Origin: an uncultured Planctomycetaceae bacterium
GTDB lineage: Bacteria > Planctomycetota > Phycisphaerae > SM23-33
DNA: 64,000 nt
Direction of reading: 5' to 3'
Assembly: GCA_964607575.1 (NCBI GenBank)
Contig: CAZSLS010000003.1
Location: 10,887-74,886, forward strand
Shown one piece after another: positions 18,471 to 27,669 of this stretch. Under the pieces are notes generated by a model. That model made no database searches, was not told the origin of the DNA, and saw only the letters and a list, made by a program, of their open reading frames with translations. Position 1 is the stretch's first letter. Every line of letters starts with the position of its first letter. The translations under genes and the position numbers were made by a program.

Positions 18471-21097
18471 AAACTCGCGTGATGAAGGTATCGGTTGTGT
18501 TTCTGGCGCTGTTGGTGACGGCGGGGACGCTGTCGGCTGCGCCGAAGAAAGCGGTTTCAAAGATAGATCCGATAACCAGGATCAATAATCGAACGCCTGA
18601 TGAACTGATGGACCTTACGGTCAAGACGCTCGAGTTTGTGGAAAAGGCCCGAAAATCTCCGAAGCTGGCGGTGCAGGTGACGGCGATGCAAAAACGCCTG
18701 GTGTCGAGCAAGGGCGACAAGGCATTCTCCGCGGAGTTGGCGGCGTTGCGGAGGCGGATTATTCTGTCGCACCCGCTGCTGGACTTCGAGACGCTGCTGA
18801 TCAACAAGCGTCCGCCCACGCTTTATAACCACGCCCAGGAGCAGTATGTCGGTCGTCACAGCCGCGCTGGCGATGGGCTTGTTTTGCTGAAGAACTGGAA
18901 GGAGAAGCCCACTGAGACGGTGTTGCTGGCAGGTAAACTTCCACGCGGGTCGGTTATGCACCCGGACCTCTCGTTCGACGCCAAGAGCGTGCTGTTCTCG
19001 TATTGCGATCACACCGACAATCGGCGCGAGTTCCGCCAGCATTTCATTTACGAGATCGGTATCGACGGGAAGGGTCAGCGGCGCGTCACGGGCAACAAGA
19101 ACGATAAACTCGAGCGAGCCGAAGGACGCCGATCCGTGCTGATCGAAGACTTCGATCCCTGCTACCTGCCCGATGGCGGGTTTGCGTTTATCTCCACTCG
19201 CTGCCAGAGTTACGGACGATGCCACGGCGGGCGGTACACGCCTTCTTATATGTTGTATCGCGGGAATCTCGACGGTAGTGGAATCAAGCAGCTTTCGTTC
19301 GGCGAGGCCAACGAATGGGACCCCAGCGTAATGACCGACGGGCGGATCATCTACACGCGATGGGACTATATCGATCGCGACCCGACGCCGTTTCAGTCGC
19401 TCTGGGTCACCAAGACCGACGGGACGGCGACCGCGCTTTATTACGGTAATTACACTGGTAATCCGCACATGACCGCAGAACCGCGAAGCATTCCCGGTTC
19501 GAAAAAGGTGATGAGCCTGGCTGTGGCGCACCATTCGTATTCCTCCGGTTCGGTCATTCTCGTTGATCGCAGCAAGGGCGACGAGGGCCACAAACCCCTT
19601 ACCCGCATTACCCCCGAAGTGAGATTCCCCGAGACCGAGAACAGCCGGGAACCCGGTTCGTACACCAACCCCTGGCCGCTGAGCGAGGACCTGTTCTTAG
19701 TTTCCTACATGCCCGATCGCCTGGCGTACCAGTTCTGGATCGAGAAGAATCGCCCCGACAAGGTCATCTTTCAGAGGCCAAGCGCATACGCGATCTACCT
19801 GATCGACACGCTCGGCGGGCGCGAGCTGATCTATCGCGATCCGGACATGTCGTCTGTGGCGCCGATTCCCGTCCGCGCTCGCAAGACACCGCCGGTGCTT
19901 CCTTCGTTCATCAACACACCCGAAGCTCGCGCCTCCAAGACCGGCGTGTGCTACGTTCAGGACGTTTACCAGTCCACCGCGAAGATACCGGCGGGGGAAA
20001 TCAAGTCGCTCCGAGTCAATCAGATATTCGGCCAACCGGTCGCACGCCCGCGAAGGCGCGGTCAGGACGGCGAGCTGCTGGCCAAGAAAGTTCTGGGTAC
20101 CGTACCTGTTAACGCAAACGGATCGGTCGCCTTCCGCGTACCGGCGGGTATCCCGCTGCAACTGCAGGCCCTCGACGAAAACGGAATGTGCGTAATGAAC
20201 ATGCGATCGTTCATATACCTGCATCCCGGCGAGAAACTTAGCTGCACCGGTTGCCACGAATCGCGAACATCGCCCCCGGTAGCAAAGCCCATGGGCAAGA
20301 TCACCGTTCGCGACCTGACCCCGCCGCCCTGGAAGCAGGAGCCAAAGAAAGGCTTCAGCTTTGACAAGGTCGTCAAGCCAGTGCTGGACCGCTACTGCAT
20401 TAAATGTCACGGCCTGGATCCGAAGAGGCCCAAGGGCGCCAAGAACCTGAACTTCTGCGGGTCGAGGTCGTCGGCGTTTGCCTTCCTCAGGGACAAGACC
20501 CTGGTCTTCACCAGGCGGAGAGCCCGCAGCACGTACAAGGATTCGCTGTCTCACGCCGGGCGCCTCGGTCCGCTGATGCTGAAGCGGCAGAAGGGCAAGA
20601 ACAAACTCGACGCGGCGAGTTTTGCGCGAATTATCACGTGGTTGGATCTCAGCGGACAGTATTACGGCGACTATTCGTGGAACCGGGTCGAGGACCGCAA
20701 GCCATCGAAAGAGGGCCAGGCTGCGCTGCGGGAGCATATCAAGGCCACGTTTGGCGAGGCGGTCTCCAAGGCTCCGTATGCGGCCTTGGTCAACGTCGCC
20801 GATGTCGATGAGTCTCGGATCTTGAAGGCCCCGCTGGCGAAATCAGCAGGCGGTTGGGCCCAGATCGACAATGGGTGGAAATCCCTTGACGACAAGGGTT
20901 ACCAGAAGATGAAGAAGCTGGTGGTCGCGTCGATTACGCCAATGGCGCAGCGGGATATCGAGACGACGTGCAACCTTCCGGACTGCAAATGCGGGTCGTG
21001 TTGGGTTCGCACGAGGAAGAACTCGCCCCAATGGCAATTCTATACGAACAATTACTCGAAGGATTTTAAGCGCATAGATCCTTCCGGCGATAAATAA
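18467..21097 (+). CDS. Secreted PD40-type beta-propeller / di-CXXCH protein, a paralog of 5796-8915 that lacks the LamG domain
   Basis: The ATG overlaps the sulfatase stop (ATGA at 18467-18470). Signal peptide MKTRVMKVSVVFLALLVTAGTLSA. YTRWDYIDRD aligns with YARWEYVDRN of the paralog. CTGCH lies at 20243-20257 and CIKCH at 20396-20410. Confidence 0.7.
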   Translation: MKTRVMKVSVVFLALLVTAGTLSAAPKKAVSKIDPITRINNRTPDELMDLTVKTLEFVEKARKSPKLAVQVTAMQKRLVSSKGDKAFSAELAALRRRIILSHPLLDFETLLINKRPPTLYNHAQEQYVGRHSRAGDGLVLLKNWKEKPTETVLLAGKLPRGSVMHPDLSFDAKSVLFSYCDHTDNRREFRQHFIYEIGIDGKGQRRVTGNKNDKLERAEGRRSVLIEDFDPCYLPDGGFAFISTRCQSYGRCHGGRYTPSYMLYRGNLDGSGIKQLSFGEANEWDPSVMTDGRIIYTRWDYIDRDPTPFQSLWVTKTDGTATALYYGNYTGNPHMTAEPRSIPGSKKVMSLAVAHHSYSSGSVILVDRSKGDEGHKPLTRITPEVRFPETENSREPGSYTNPWPLSEDLFLVSYMPDRLAYQFWIEKNRPDKVIFQRPSAYAIYLIDTLGGRELIYRDPDMSSVAPIPVRARKTPPVLPSFINTPEARASKTGVCYVQDVYQSTAKIPAGEIKSLRVNQIFGQPVARPRRRGQDGELLAKKVLGTVPVNANGSVAFRVPAGIPLQLQALDENGMCVMNMRSFIYLHPGEKLSCTGCHESRTSPPVAKPMGKITVRDLTPPPWKQEPKKGFSFDKVVKPVLDRYCIKCHGLDPKRPKGAKNLNFCGSRSSAFAFLRDKTLVFTRRRARSTYKDSLSHAGRLGPLMLKRQKGKNKLDAASFARIITWLDLSGQYYGDYSWNRVEDRKPSKEGQAALREHIKATFGEAVSKAPYAALVNVADVDESRILKAPLAKSAGGWAQIDNGWKSLDDKGYQKMKKLVVASITPMAQRDIETTCNLPDCKCGSCWVRTRKNSPQWQFYTNNYSKDFKRIDPSGDK

Positions 21098-21115
21098 CGG
21101 CCAGCAGCTGCGTCG

Positions 21116-21152
21116 AACGGCTTGAGCCACGGATGGCACGGATTACACGGAT
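21116..21152. repeat. Left arm of a perfect 37-nt inverted repeat bracketing the GxxExxY gene
   Basis: AACGGCTTGAGCCACGGATGGCACGGATTACACGGAT. Its reverse complement is identical to 21680-21716 (checked base by base). It contains three CACGGAT units in 9-nt phase. Confidence 0.9.
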
Positions 21153-21193
21153 AGAAACGGCGACGGCTAGGGCAGTAGTTACGGAAGGGTGGT

Positions 21194-21577
21194 ATGGGAA
21201 TGGGAAAACTGCTGTTTAGGGATGAGACTTATGCGATACGGGGGGCTGTGTTTGAGGTTCACTGTGAGATGGGATCCGGTTTTCTTGAGTCCGTGTATCA
21301 AGAATGCATGGAAAAGGAATTGACCAGACAGGGTATTCCTTTTGAAGCCGAGAAGAAACTATCGATTCTGTATAAGAACGAACCCCTCAACCAAATCTAC
21401 AAACCGGACCTGATCTGCTATGGTGAAATCCTTGTTGAATTAAAATCGGTGGCCGCCCTTAGACGCGAACACTACGCTCAAGTCATTAATTACCTGAAAG
21501 CAACCAACCTCCGCCTCGGCCTCCTGGTAAACTTCGGATCACACCCCAAAGCAACAATCGAAAGACTAATCCGATAA
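21194..21577 (+). CDS. GxxExxY protein (small PD-(D/E)XK-like family)
   Basis: 127 aa. Contains GSGFLESVY (GxxExxY), PDLICYGEILVELKS, QVINYLKATNLRLGLLVNFG and a C-terminal IERLIR. Confidence 0.85.
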   Translation: MGMGKLLFRDETYAIRGAVFEVHCEMGSGFLESVYQECMEKELTRQGIPFEAEKKLSILYKNEPLNQIYKPDLICYGEILVELKSVAALRREHYAQVINYLKATNLRLGLLVNFGSHPKATIERLIR

Positions 21578-21579
21578 AC

Positions 21580-21622
<43 letters not shown>

Positions 21623-21631
21623 CGCCTGCAC

Positions 21632-21840
21632 CATCCGTAGCTAATGCCGTAGTCGTAGTCGTACGCCGTTGTCGTTACCATCCGTGTAATCCGTGCCATC
21701 CGTGGCTCAAGCCGTTGCCGTTGTCGTTACTATACGTATTTATCCGTGTTTATCTGTGTTCATCCGTGGCTAATGTCGTAGTCGTAGACATAGTCGTAAT
21801 CCGTGGTGAAAAATGTCGCAGGCGTTGTCGTTTCGGCGTG
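21632..21840. repeat. Mosaic of short repeats in the intergenic region downstream of the GxxExxY gene
   Basis: Imperfect direct repeat of about 32 nt (21632-21663 vs 21761-21792). ATCCGTG or ATCTGTG units at 21680, 21689, 21698, 21742, 21752, 21762 and 21798. CGTTGTCGTT occurs three times, and there are GTCGTA runs. Confidence 0.8.
21680..21716. repeat. Right arm of the perfect 37-nt inverted repeat
   Basis: ATCCGTGTAATCCGTGCCATCCGTGGCTCAAGCCGTT is the exact reverse complement of 21116-21152. The arms are separated by 527 nt. Confidence 0.9.
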
Positions 21841-21901
21841 CTGGAGGGGCTATGATATGCGGGAGAAGAGGGCGGCTTGAATAACGATTAGGAGAGGCGA
21901 T

Positions 21902-23398
21902 ATGAAATCTAATAGACGGAACTTTCTGAAGGTGGTTGCCGCTGGCGCTGCGGCGGCTTGTGTGCCGGGAACATTGCGGGGCGCGGCGCCTGCAAAGGCT
22001 GCCAAGAAAACGCGGTTCGTGTTCGTGCTGGTTGACGATCTTGGCTGGACGGATGTGGCGTGCTTCGGGAGTAAGTTCTACGAGACGCCTAATATTGATG
22101 CGCTGGCGAAATCGGGCGTGAAGATGACCAGCGCGTACGCGGCGTGCCCGGTGTGCTCGCCGACGCGGGGTAGCATTATGACGGGCAAGTACCCGGCGCG
22201 GACTGATACCACCGACTACTTCGGCGGCGGGCGGCGGGCGAAGTTGCTGCCCGCTCCGTACAAGCGATACCTACCGCTGGAAGAAGTCACCATCGCCGAG
22301 GCGATGAAGGCCCACGGGTACAAGACGTTCTTCGCGGGCAAGTGGCATCTCGGCGGGAAAGGGTACTTCCCCGAGAAGCAGGGCTTCGACGTGAACAAGG
22401 GCGGTGGGCGGAACGGGGCTCCGTATAAATCGTACGGGAATCGCGGACTGGCGAAAGATCCGACGCTTCCGGGCGGGTATTTTTCATTGTACGCCAATCC
22501 GCACCTTGAGGATGGACCCAAGGGCGAGTACCTGACCGACCGCCTGACGGATGAAGCCATCAAATTCATCGACGCCAACAAGAGCGACCCGTTCCTTGTT
22601 TATCTGTCGTTCTACTCGGTGCATAATCCGCTGCAGGCCAAGCCCGCGTACGTCAAGAAGTTCAAGGACAAGCTGGCGAAGATGGCGAAGCCCAAGGGCC
22701 CCGAGTTTATCAAAGAGCACAAGAACCGGGCCAGGCAGATTCAGCAGAACCCGGTGTATGCGGCCATGATCTACAGCGTCGACGAGAACGTGGGCAAGCT
22801 GACCAGGAAGCTCGATGAGCTTGGGCTCTCTGACGATACTGTGGTGGTATTCACTTCGGATAACGGCGGGCTGTCGACGTCCGAAGGGCACAACACTGCG
22901 AACCTCCCGCTGCGCGGCGGGAAGGGGTGGTTATACGAGGGCGGGGTGCGAGTTCCGACGATCGTCCGCTGGCCGGGCGTGACGAAACCGGGCACCGCAT
23001 GCGACGTGCCGATAACGTCGACCGACTACTATCCAACGTTCCTCGATATTGCCGGGTTGCCCGCCAAATCGAAGCAGCACGTCGATGGCGTGAGCATCAC
23101 CGCGGCGTTGAAGGGCGGAAAGCTCGATCGCAAGGCGATTTACTGGCATTACCCGCATTACGGTAACCAGGGCGGTCGGCCGGGATCGTCGGTGCGGATG
23201 GGCGATTACAAACTCATCGAGTTCTTCGAGGACGACAGCGTGGAGCTGTACAACCTCAAAGACGACATCGGCGAGCGCAAGGACCTCGCAGCGAAAATGC
23301 CCGAAAAGACCGCCGAACTCCGCAAGATGATCCACAAATGGCGCAAAGAAGTAGATGCGAAAATGATGAAACCCAACCCGAGATACAAACGAAACTAG
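21902..23398 (+). CDS. Sulfatase (formylglycine-dependent family) with a TAT-type signal
   Basis: AGGAGAGG lies before the ATG. NRRNFLKVVAAGAAAA signal, VFVLVDDLGWTDVACFG, and CPVCSPTRGSIMTG (CxPxR). Confidence 0.9.
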   Translation: MKSNRRNFLKVVAAGAAAACVPGTLRGAAPAKAAKKTRFVFVLVDDLGWTDVACFGSKFYETPNIDALAKSGVKMTSAYAACPVCSPTRGSIMTGKYPARTDTTDYFGGGRRAKLLPAPYKRYLPLEEVTIAEAMKAHGYKTFFAGKWHLGGKGYFPEKQGFDVNKGGGRNGAPYKSYGNRGLAKDPTLPGGYFSLYANPHLEDGPKGEYLTDRLTDEAIKFIDANKSDPFLVYLSFYSVHNPLQAKPAYVKKFKDKLAKMAKPKGPEFIKEHKNRARQIQQNPVYAAMIYSVDENVGKLTRKLDELGLSDDTVVVFTSDNGGLSTSEGHNTANLPLRGGKGWLYEGGVRVPTIVRWPGVTKPGTACDVPITSTDYYPTFLDIAGLPAKSKQHVDGVSITAALKGGKLDRKAIYWHYPHYGNQGGRPGSSVRMGDYKLIEFFEDDSVELYNLKDDIGERKDLAAKMPEKTAELRKMIHKWRKEVDAKMMKPNPRYKRN

Positions 23399-23618
23399 CG
23401 GTCCTTATGCTCGGTAGTACCGGAGCAACTGAACCAACAGTGCATCCACCGGTCGCCGGCGCCAAAAGATTCGGGCAAATCCGGTCCCAAGGCGATATAA
23501 TGTCGTGGCGCTTGCATACGCCGAGCGGAGCGGAAGTTCGTTTGAAACCTTCGCCCGCTCACTGCTATGATGATTAATGTGAACCCTGCCTTATGTACTC
23601 ATGCCCGGGAGGGCTGCA

Positions 23619-24836
23619 ATGAATAATGATAGATATCCGCGCCGGCCGGGGTTGCTAAGCCTTGGTCTGCTTATGCTTACGGTCCTGGTACTCGTCGCGC
23701 CGCACGCGCGGGCCTGCCAGACTCCGGTATTCCGCTACGCGTTGGAGAAGTGGCCTGGAGATTTCTATCCGCTGATGGTCTACCACGACGGACCGCTCAG
23801 CCCGGACGACAAGGCGATCGTCGGATGGCTCGAGAAAGTTCAGGAATCCGAGGGTTCGCAGGTATCGGTCTATGTGCTGGATATCTCCAAGCCCGTCACG
23901 ACCCAGCCGGCGACAGCCCCCGCGACAACCCAACCGACGAGCAGGCCCTCACCGGTCGATACCCAGCGGGCCTATCTTCTCAAGAAGTTCCCGCCGCCAA
24001 CGGATACCCCCATGCCCGCGTTGGTTCTTCGTTATCCCGCCCAGCCCGGTGGCGAGGGGGCGAGCTGGCCGGTTGTCTATTCCGGGCGGCTCGACGGGAA
24101 GATTGCCCGTGATATAATTGACTCTCCGGTCCGCCAGAAGATTGCCAAGCGGTTGCTCAGCGGCGATTCGAGCGTCTGGGTGCTGCTGGAATCGGGCGAC
24201 AAGGCCAAAGACGATGCCGCCGCCAAGACGCTGGAAACCGAACTGGGGCGCCTGAACAAGGAGTTGGAACTTCCCGAGCAGCCGCCCACGTCCGACGCCG
24301 GACCGTACGAACCGGAGATAACCGTCGAGTTGAAAGTGGCGTTTTCGGTGTTGAGGATGTCGCGAACCGATCCGGCCGAAAGCATGTTCATCAAGATGTT
24401 GTTGGGCAGCGAAGAGGGCCTGACGGAAATCAAAGAGCCCATTGCCTTCCCGATTTTCGGGCGGGGCAGGGCGCTGGCGGCGTTTGCAGGTGACGGGATA
24501 GATGCCGACAATATCGAAAGCGCATGCATTTTCCTGGTCGGTCGCTGCTCCTGCCAGGTCAAGAGGCTCAATCCGGGCACGGACATGATGTTCACCGTGA
24601 ACTGGGACGCCGCACTTGCAGGCCAACCGCTGATGACCATGCCCCCGCTTCCCCGACTGGCCACCGACGAGGTCGAAATCAAGAGCGCATCTCTGACCGC
24701 CACCTCATCGCGGGACGCCGAATCGGGAGGAGCCCCCATCCGCTGGTTGCTGATCGTCGCAGTTTCTCTGGTGGCGGTGGCGGTCGTGGTGGGACTTCCG
24801 ATGGTTCGGGTGATGCGCAAGGGGGCGGGGAACTGA
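23619..24836 (+). CDS. Exported, C-terminally anchored protein of unknown family with conserved-looking cysteines
   Basis: GGGAGGG lies 5 nt before the ATG at 23619 (the track start is 23601). Signal LLSLGLLMLTVLVLVAPHARA followed by CQTPVFRYALEKWPGDFYP. Also a TQPATAPATTQPT linker, a CIFLVGRCSCQVK cluster, and a C-terminal helix WLLIVAVSLVAVAVVVGLPMV. Confidence 0.6.
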   Translation: MNNDRYPRRPGLLSLGLLMLTVLVLVAPHARACQTPVFRYALEKWPGDFYPLMVYHDGPLSPDDKAIVGWLEKVQESEGSQVSVYVLDISKPVTTQPATAPATTQPTSRPSPVDTQRAYLLKKFPPPTDTPMPALVLRYPAQPGGEGASWPVVYSGRLDGKIARDIIDSPVRQKIAKRLLSGDSSVWVLLESGDKAKDDAAAKTLETELGRLNKELELPEQPPTSDAGPYEPEITVELKVAFSVLRMSRTDPAESMFIKMLLGSEEGLTEIKEPIAFPIFGRGRALAAFAGDGIDADNIESACIFLVGRCSCQVKRLNPGTDMMFTVNWDAALAGQPLMTMPPLPRLATDEVEIKSASLTATSSRDAESGGAPIRWLLIVAVSLVAVAVVVGLPMVRVMRKGAGN

Positions 24837-24837
24837 A

Positions 24838-26064
24838 ATGGGCATCTGGCATCTGGTCAGGAAAGAGATTAGTTATCGGCGGCTCAGCTTCGCCCAGGCG
24901 ATGTTGGGTGTGCTGGTAGCCACCGCCGGACTGATCGGTCCGATGACGGTCGTCGGCGCTTACAGCATCCGGGCGGAAAAGCGCCTCGGAGCCATGGTCA
25001 AGGATTACAAAAAGCAGACCCTCAAGTACGGTTTCAACGTTCGCGTAATTCCCGCCGGGCAGGACCGGGGCGACTTCTTCGATAAGGGATACGCCACCGA
25101 GACGATGGACCAGAATTACGCCAAAATCCTGGCCGATTCGGATATCCTGACCACCATTCGCCATCTTACACCAACGCTGAGGCGGAAGGTCCTCTGGACC
25201 GAACACAAGCGGACGGTGCTGCTGGTCGGAGCCCACGGAGAGACGCCCCTGAAGGAACGCAAACGTCGCAAACCGGCGATTATCAAAATCATTCCGGAAG
25301 GCGAAATCGATCTCGGGTACGAGTTGTGGAACTCCATGGATCTCAAACCGAAGCAGGAAGTGGTGTTCCTCGGGCGGAAGTTCACCCTCCGCAACCGCCA
25401 GCCCAGGCGGGACTCTCAGGACGACATCAGCATCTGGATGGATCTGCAAGCCGCCCAGGAACTCACCGGTCAACTCGGAAAGATCAACGAAATTCAAGCC
25501 GTCGACTGCACCTGCGCCGAGGCCGACGTGGAGAAAATCCAGGCCGAACTGTCGAAAATACTCCCCAATACGCAGGTGATTCTCAAGGTCAAACTGGCCG
25601 TCGCGAGAGCCAGGGCCCGCATGACCGCACAGCAGACACGAGTGGCCGAACTGAAGGACAAGCAAGCGCTGGCGGCGGTCATCGCGGCGCTCCTGATTGT
25701 CGGAGCCGCGGTCTGGATATCGCTTCTTGCGTTCGATAACGTCCGCCAGCGGACTGTGGAAATCGGGATCCTGCGTGCGATCGGACTTTCCAGCGGGAAG
25801 ATACTGTCGGTGTTCCTTGTGCGATCGCTGCTGATTGGTCTGGTCGGGGCGGTCAGCGGAGTGATTCTGGGCGCGTGCCTGGGCGTCGGTGTGGCTGCGG
25901 TATGGGGCGAGGTGTCCGATTTGTCGCAGGCCGGAGCCCTGTTTTCTCCGTGGTTGTTTGGGCTGGTGGTGATCTGTTCACCTGTCCTTTCGGCGCTTGT
26001 CAGTTGGCCTCCAGCCATGCTGGCATCACGCCAGGACCCCGCGGTTGTGCTGTCAAGGGAGTAG
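24838..26064 (+). CDS. ABC transporter permease, FtsX/MacB type
   Basis: Starts 1 nt after the upstream stop. One N-terminal TM helix, a large periplasmic domain, then the FtsX core (VEIGILRAIGLSSGKILSVFLVRSLLIGLVGAVSGVILG). Confidence 0.8.
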   Translation: MGIWHLVRKEISYRRLSFAQAMLGVLVATAGLIGPMTVVGAYSIRAEKRLGAMVKDYKKQTLKYGFNVRVIPAGQDRGDFFDKGYATETMDQNYAKILADSDILTTIRHLTPTLRRKVLWTEHKRTVLLVGAHGETPLKERKRRKPAIIKIIPEGEIDLGYELWNSMDLKPKQEVVFLGRKFTLRNRQPRRDSQDDISIWMDLQAAQELTGQLGKINEIQAVDCTCAEADVEKIQAELSKILPNTQVILKVKLAVARARARMTAQQTRVAELKDKQALAAVIAALLIVGAAVWISLLAFDNVRQRTVEIGILRAIGLSSGKILSVFLVRSLLIGLVGAVSGVILGACLGVGVAAVWGEVSDLSQAGALFSPWLFGLVVICSPVLSALVSWPPAMLASRQDPAVVLSRE

Positions 26065-26071
26065 ACTTTAG

Positions 26072-26716
26072 ATGCTCGATATTCGCCAGATATCCAAAAC
26101 ATACGCCATCGGCGACAAGACCGTCCCGGTGCTGGACGCGATGTCGCTGCGGGTCGCCCCGGGCGAGTTCGTAGCCGTCCAGGGCCAGAGCGGGTGCGGT
26201 AAGAGTACGCTTCTGCTGGCCGCCGGCGGACTGCTCCGCCCCGACAGCGGGCAGGTACTCGTCGCGGGAGACGACCCGTACGAACTTTCTTCCGAGGCCC
26301 GCGCCGACTTCCGTGCGACGCATATCGGGTTTGTCTTTCAGCAGTTTCACCTGGTACCGTACCTCGACGTACTCGACAACGTTCTGGCGCCGTCCATGGC
26401 TCATAATTCGCCCGATGCCCGATCGCATGCCACGGAGTTGATCGAGCATTTTGGCCTGACCGATCGGATCGGTCACTTGCCCGGCGAGTTGAGTACCGGA
26501 GAGCGTCAGCGGACAGCCCTTGCAAGGGCGCTGCTGAACCGCCCCAGGCTCCTACTGGCCGACGAACCAACGGGAAATCTCGATGCTGACAGCGGGGAGG
26601 TCGTGCTGAGCTACATAAGGGAATTTGCCACCGCCGACGGGGCGGTGCTGATGGTTACTCACGATTCTGAGGCGGCCGGAAAGGCCGACCGCGTAATCGA
26701 ACTTGCGAAGGCATGA
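26072..26716 (+). CDS. ABC transporter ATP-binding protein (LolD/MacB-ATPase type)
   Basis: Walker A GQSGCGKST, signature LSTGERQR, Walker B LLLADEPTGNLD. Confidence 0.9.
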   Translation: MLDIRQISKTYAIGDKTVPVLDAMSLRVAPGEFVAVQGQSGCGKSTLLLAAGGLLRPDSGQVLVAGDDPYELSSEARADFRATHIGFVFQQFHLVPYLDVLDNVLAPSMAHNSPDARSHATELIEHFGLTDRIGHLPGELSTGERQRTALARALLNRPRLLLADEPTGNLDADSGEVVLSYIREFATADGAVLMVTHDSEAAGKADRVIELAKA

Positions 26717-26730
26717 GGAAAGGACAGGCA

Positions 26731-27657
26731 ATGAAATGGTTTGGGCATATTGTGATTGTTGTTGCTGTGGTTGCGTCTTGTTTGGTGGGGTGCGGTAAGG
26801 AAGACCCCGAGGACAAACCGCTGGTGTTCTACGTTGGCGGTACGATGCAGCCGGCGATGGTGGAACTGGCTGAGGTGTACGAGAAGAAGACCGGGCAGAA
26901 GATCGAAATCGACAAGTCCGGTTCTGGCGTGCTGCTGAATCGCATTCGCCTGGACAAGGCCGCCGACGTCTTCATCTGCCACGACCCCTTCATGGACGAA
27001 TTGATGGAGGGCAAGAAGGGCAAATTCGGCGTCGATGCCTGGTTGGTCTCGCAGATTACGCCGGTTATCGTTGTCCAGCCGAACAATCCGCACAAGATCA
27101 AGGGTCTGGCCGATCTGGTTGGCAAGGACATTAAGGTCGCCGTCACCGACCTGGAGTATTCCACGTGCGGGCATATGCTGGCGACGATGTTCGGCAAGGC
27201 CGGCGTCGAGATCGTCCAGGAAGACAAGCGGGTGTTCCTGAGAAAGGACGGGGTCGAGAAAGACATTGTAACCTATCGCTCCGGCAGCAGGACCGCCGAC
27301 ACGGTGAAGAATCGCAAGTTCGACGCGGCGATCGTCTGGAACGCCGTGGCGCATCTGCGCGGCGATGCGGTGGAAGTGGTCTCGATTGGCAAGGATCTGC
27401 CTGTTGTCGGCGTGGACACCATCACCAGCGCAACCGAGAAGGTCAGAGATATCGGACGTATTGGCGTGACGATGATTACGCTGAATTGCTCCAAGAAGCC
27501 CGAGGCCGCACGCAAGTTCGCCGAATTCATAGCCTCTGACGAAACACAAGAGACATTTAAGAAATTCGGCTTCACGGATATTGGCGGCGCCGTCAAGATG
27601 TACGAGAATGGAAAGAAAGTCGCCCCGCAGGCAGCGCCAGCTACCAGGCCTGAGTAA
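26731..27657 (+). CDS. Periplasmic substrate-binding lipoprotein, molybdate/tungstate (ModA)-like family
   Basis: AGGAAAGGA lies before the ATG at 26731; an alternative ATG at 26713 overlaps the upstream stop. Lipobox CLVGC. FYVGGTMQPAMVELAEVYEKKTGQKIEIDKSGSGVLLNRI...DVFICHD resembles the ModA-type N-lobe. Confidence 0.65.
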   Translation: MKWFGHIVIVVAVVASCLVGCGKEDPEDKPLVFYVGGTMQPAMVELAEVYEKKTGQKIEIDKSGSGVLLNRIRLDKAADVFICHDPFMDELMEGKKGKFGVDAWLVSQITPVIVVQPNNPHKIKGLADLVGKDIKVAVTDLEYSTCGHMLATMFGKAGVEIVQEDKRVFLRKDGVEKDIVTYRSGSRTADTVKNRKFDAAIVWNAVAHLRGDAVEVVSIGKDLPVVGVDTITSATEKVRDIGRIGVTMITLNCSKKPEAARKFAEFIASDETQETFKKFGFTDIGGAVKMYENGKKVAPQAAPATRPE

Positions 27658-27669
27658 AGGATCGAACTT

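Noticed and set aside
23523-23560. Imperfect 12-bp hairpin after the second sulfatase gene, considered as a terminator or riboswitch element
   Set aside because: It has a bulged stem and no following U tract, and no recognisable riboswitch consensus. It is left unannotated.
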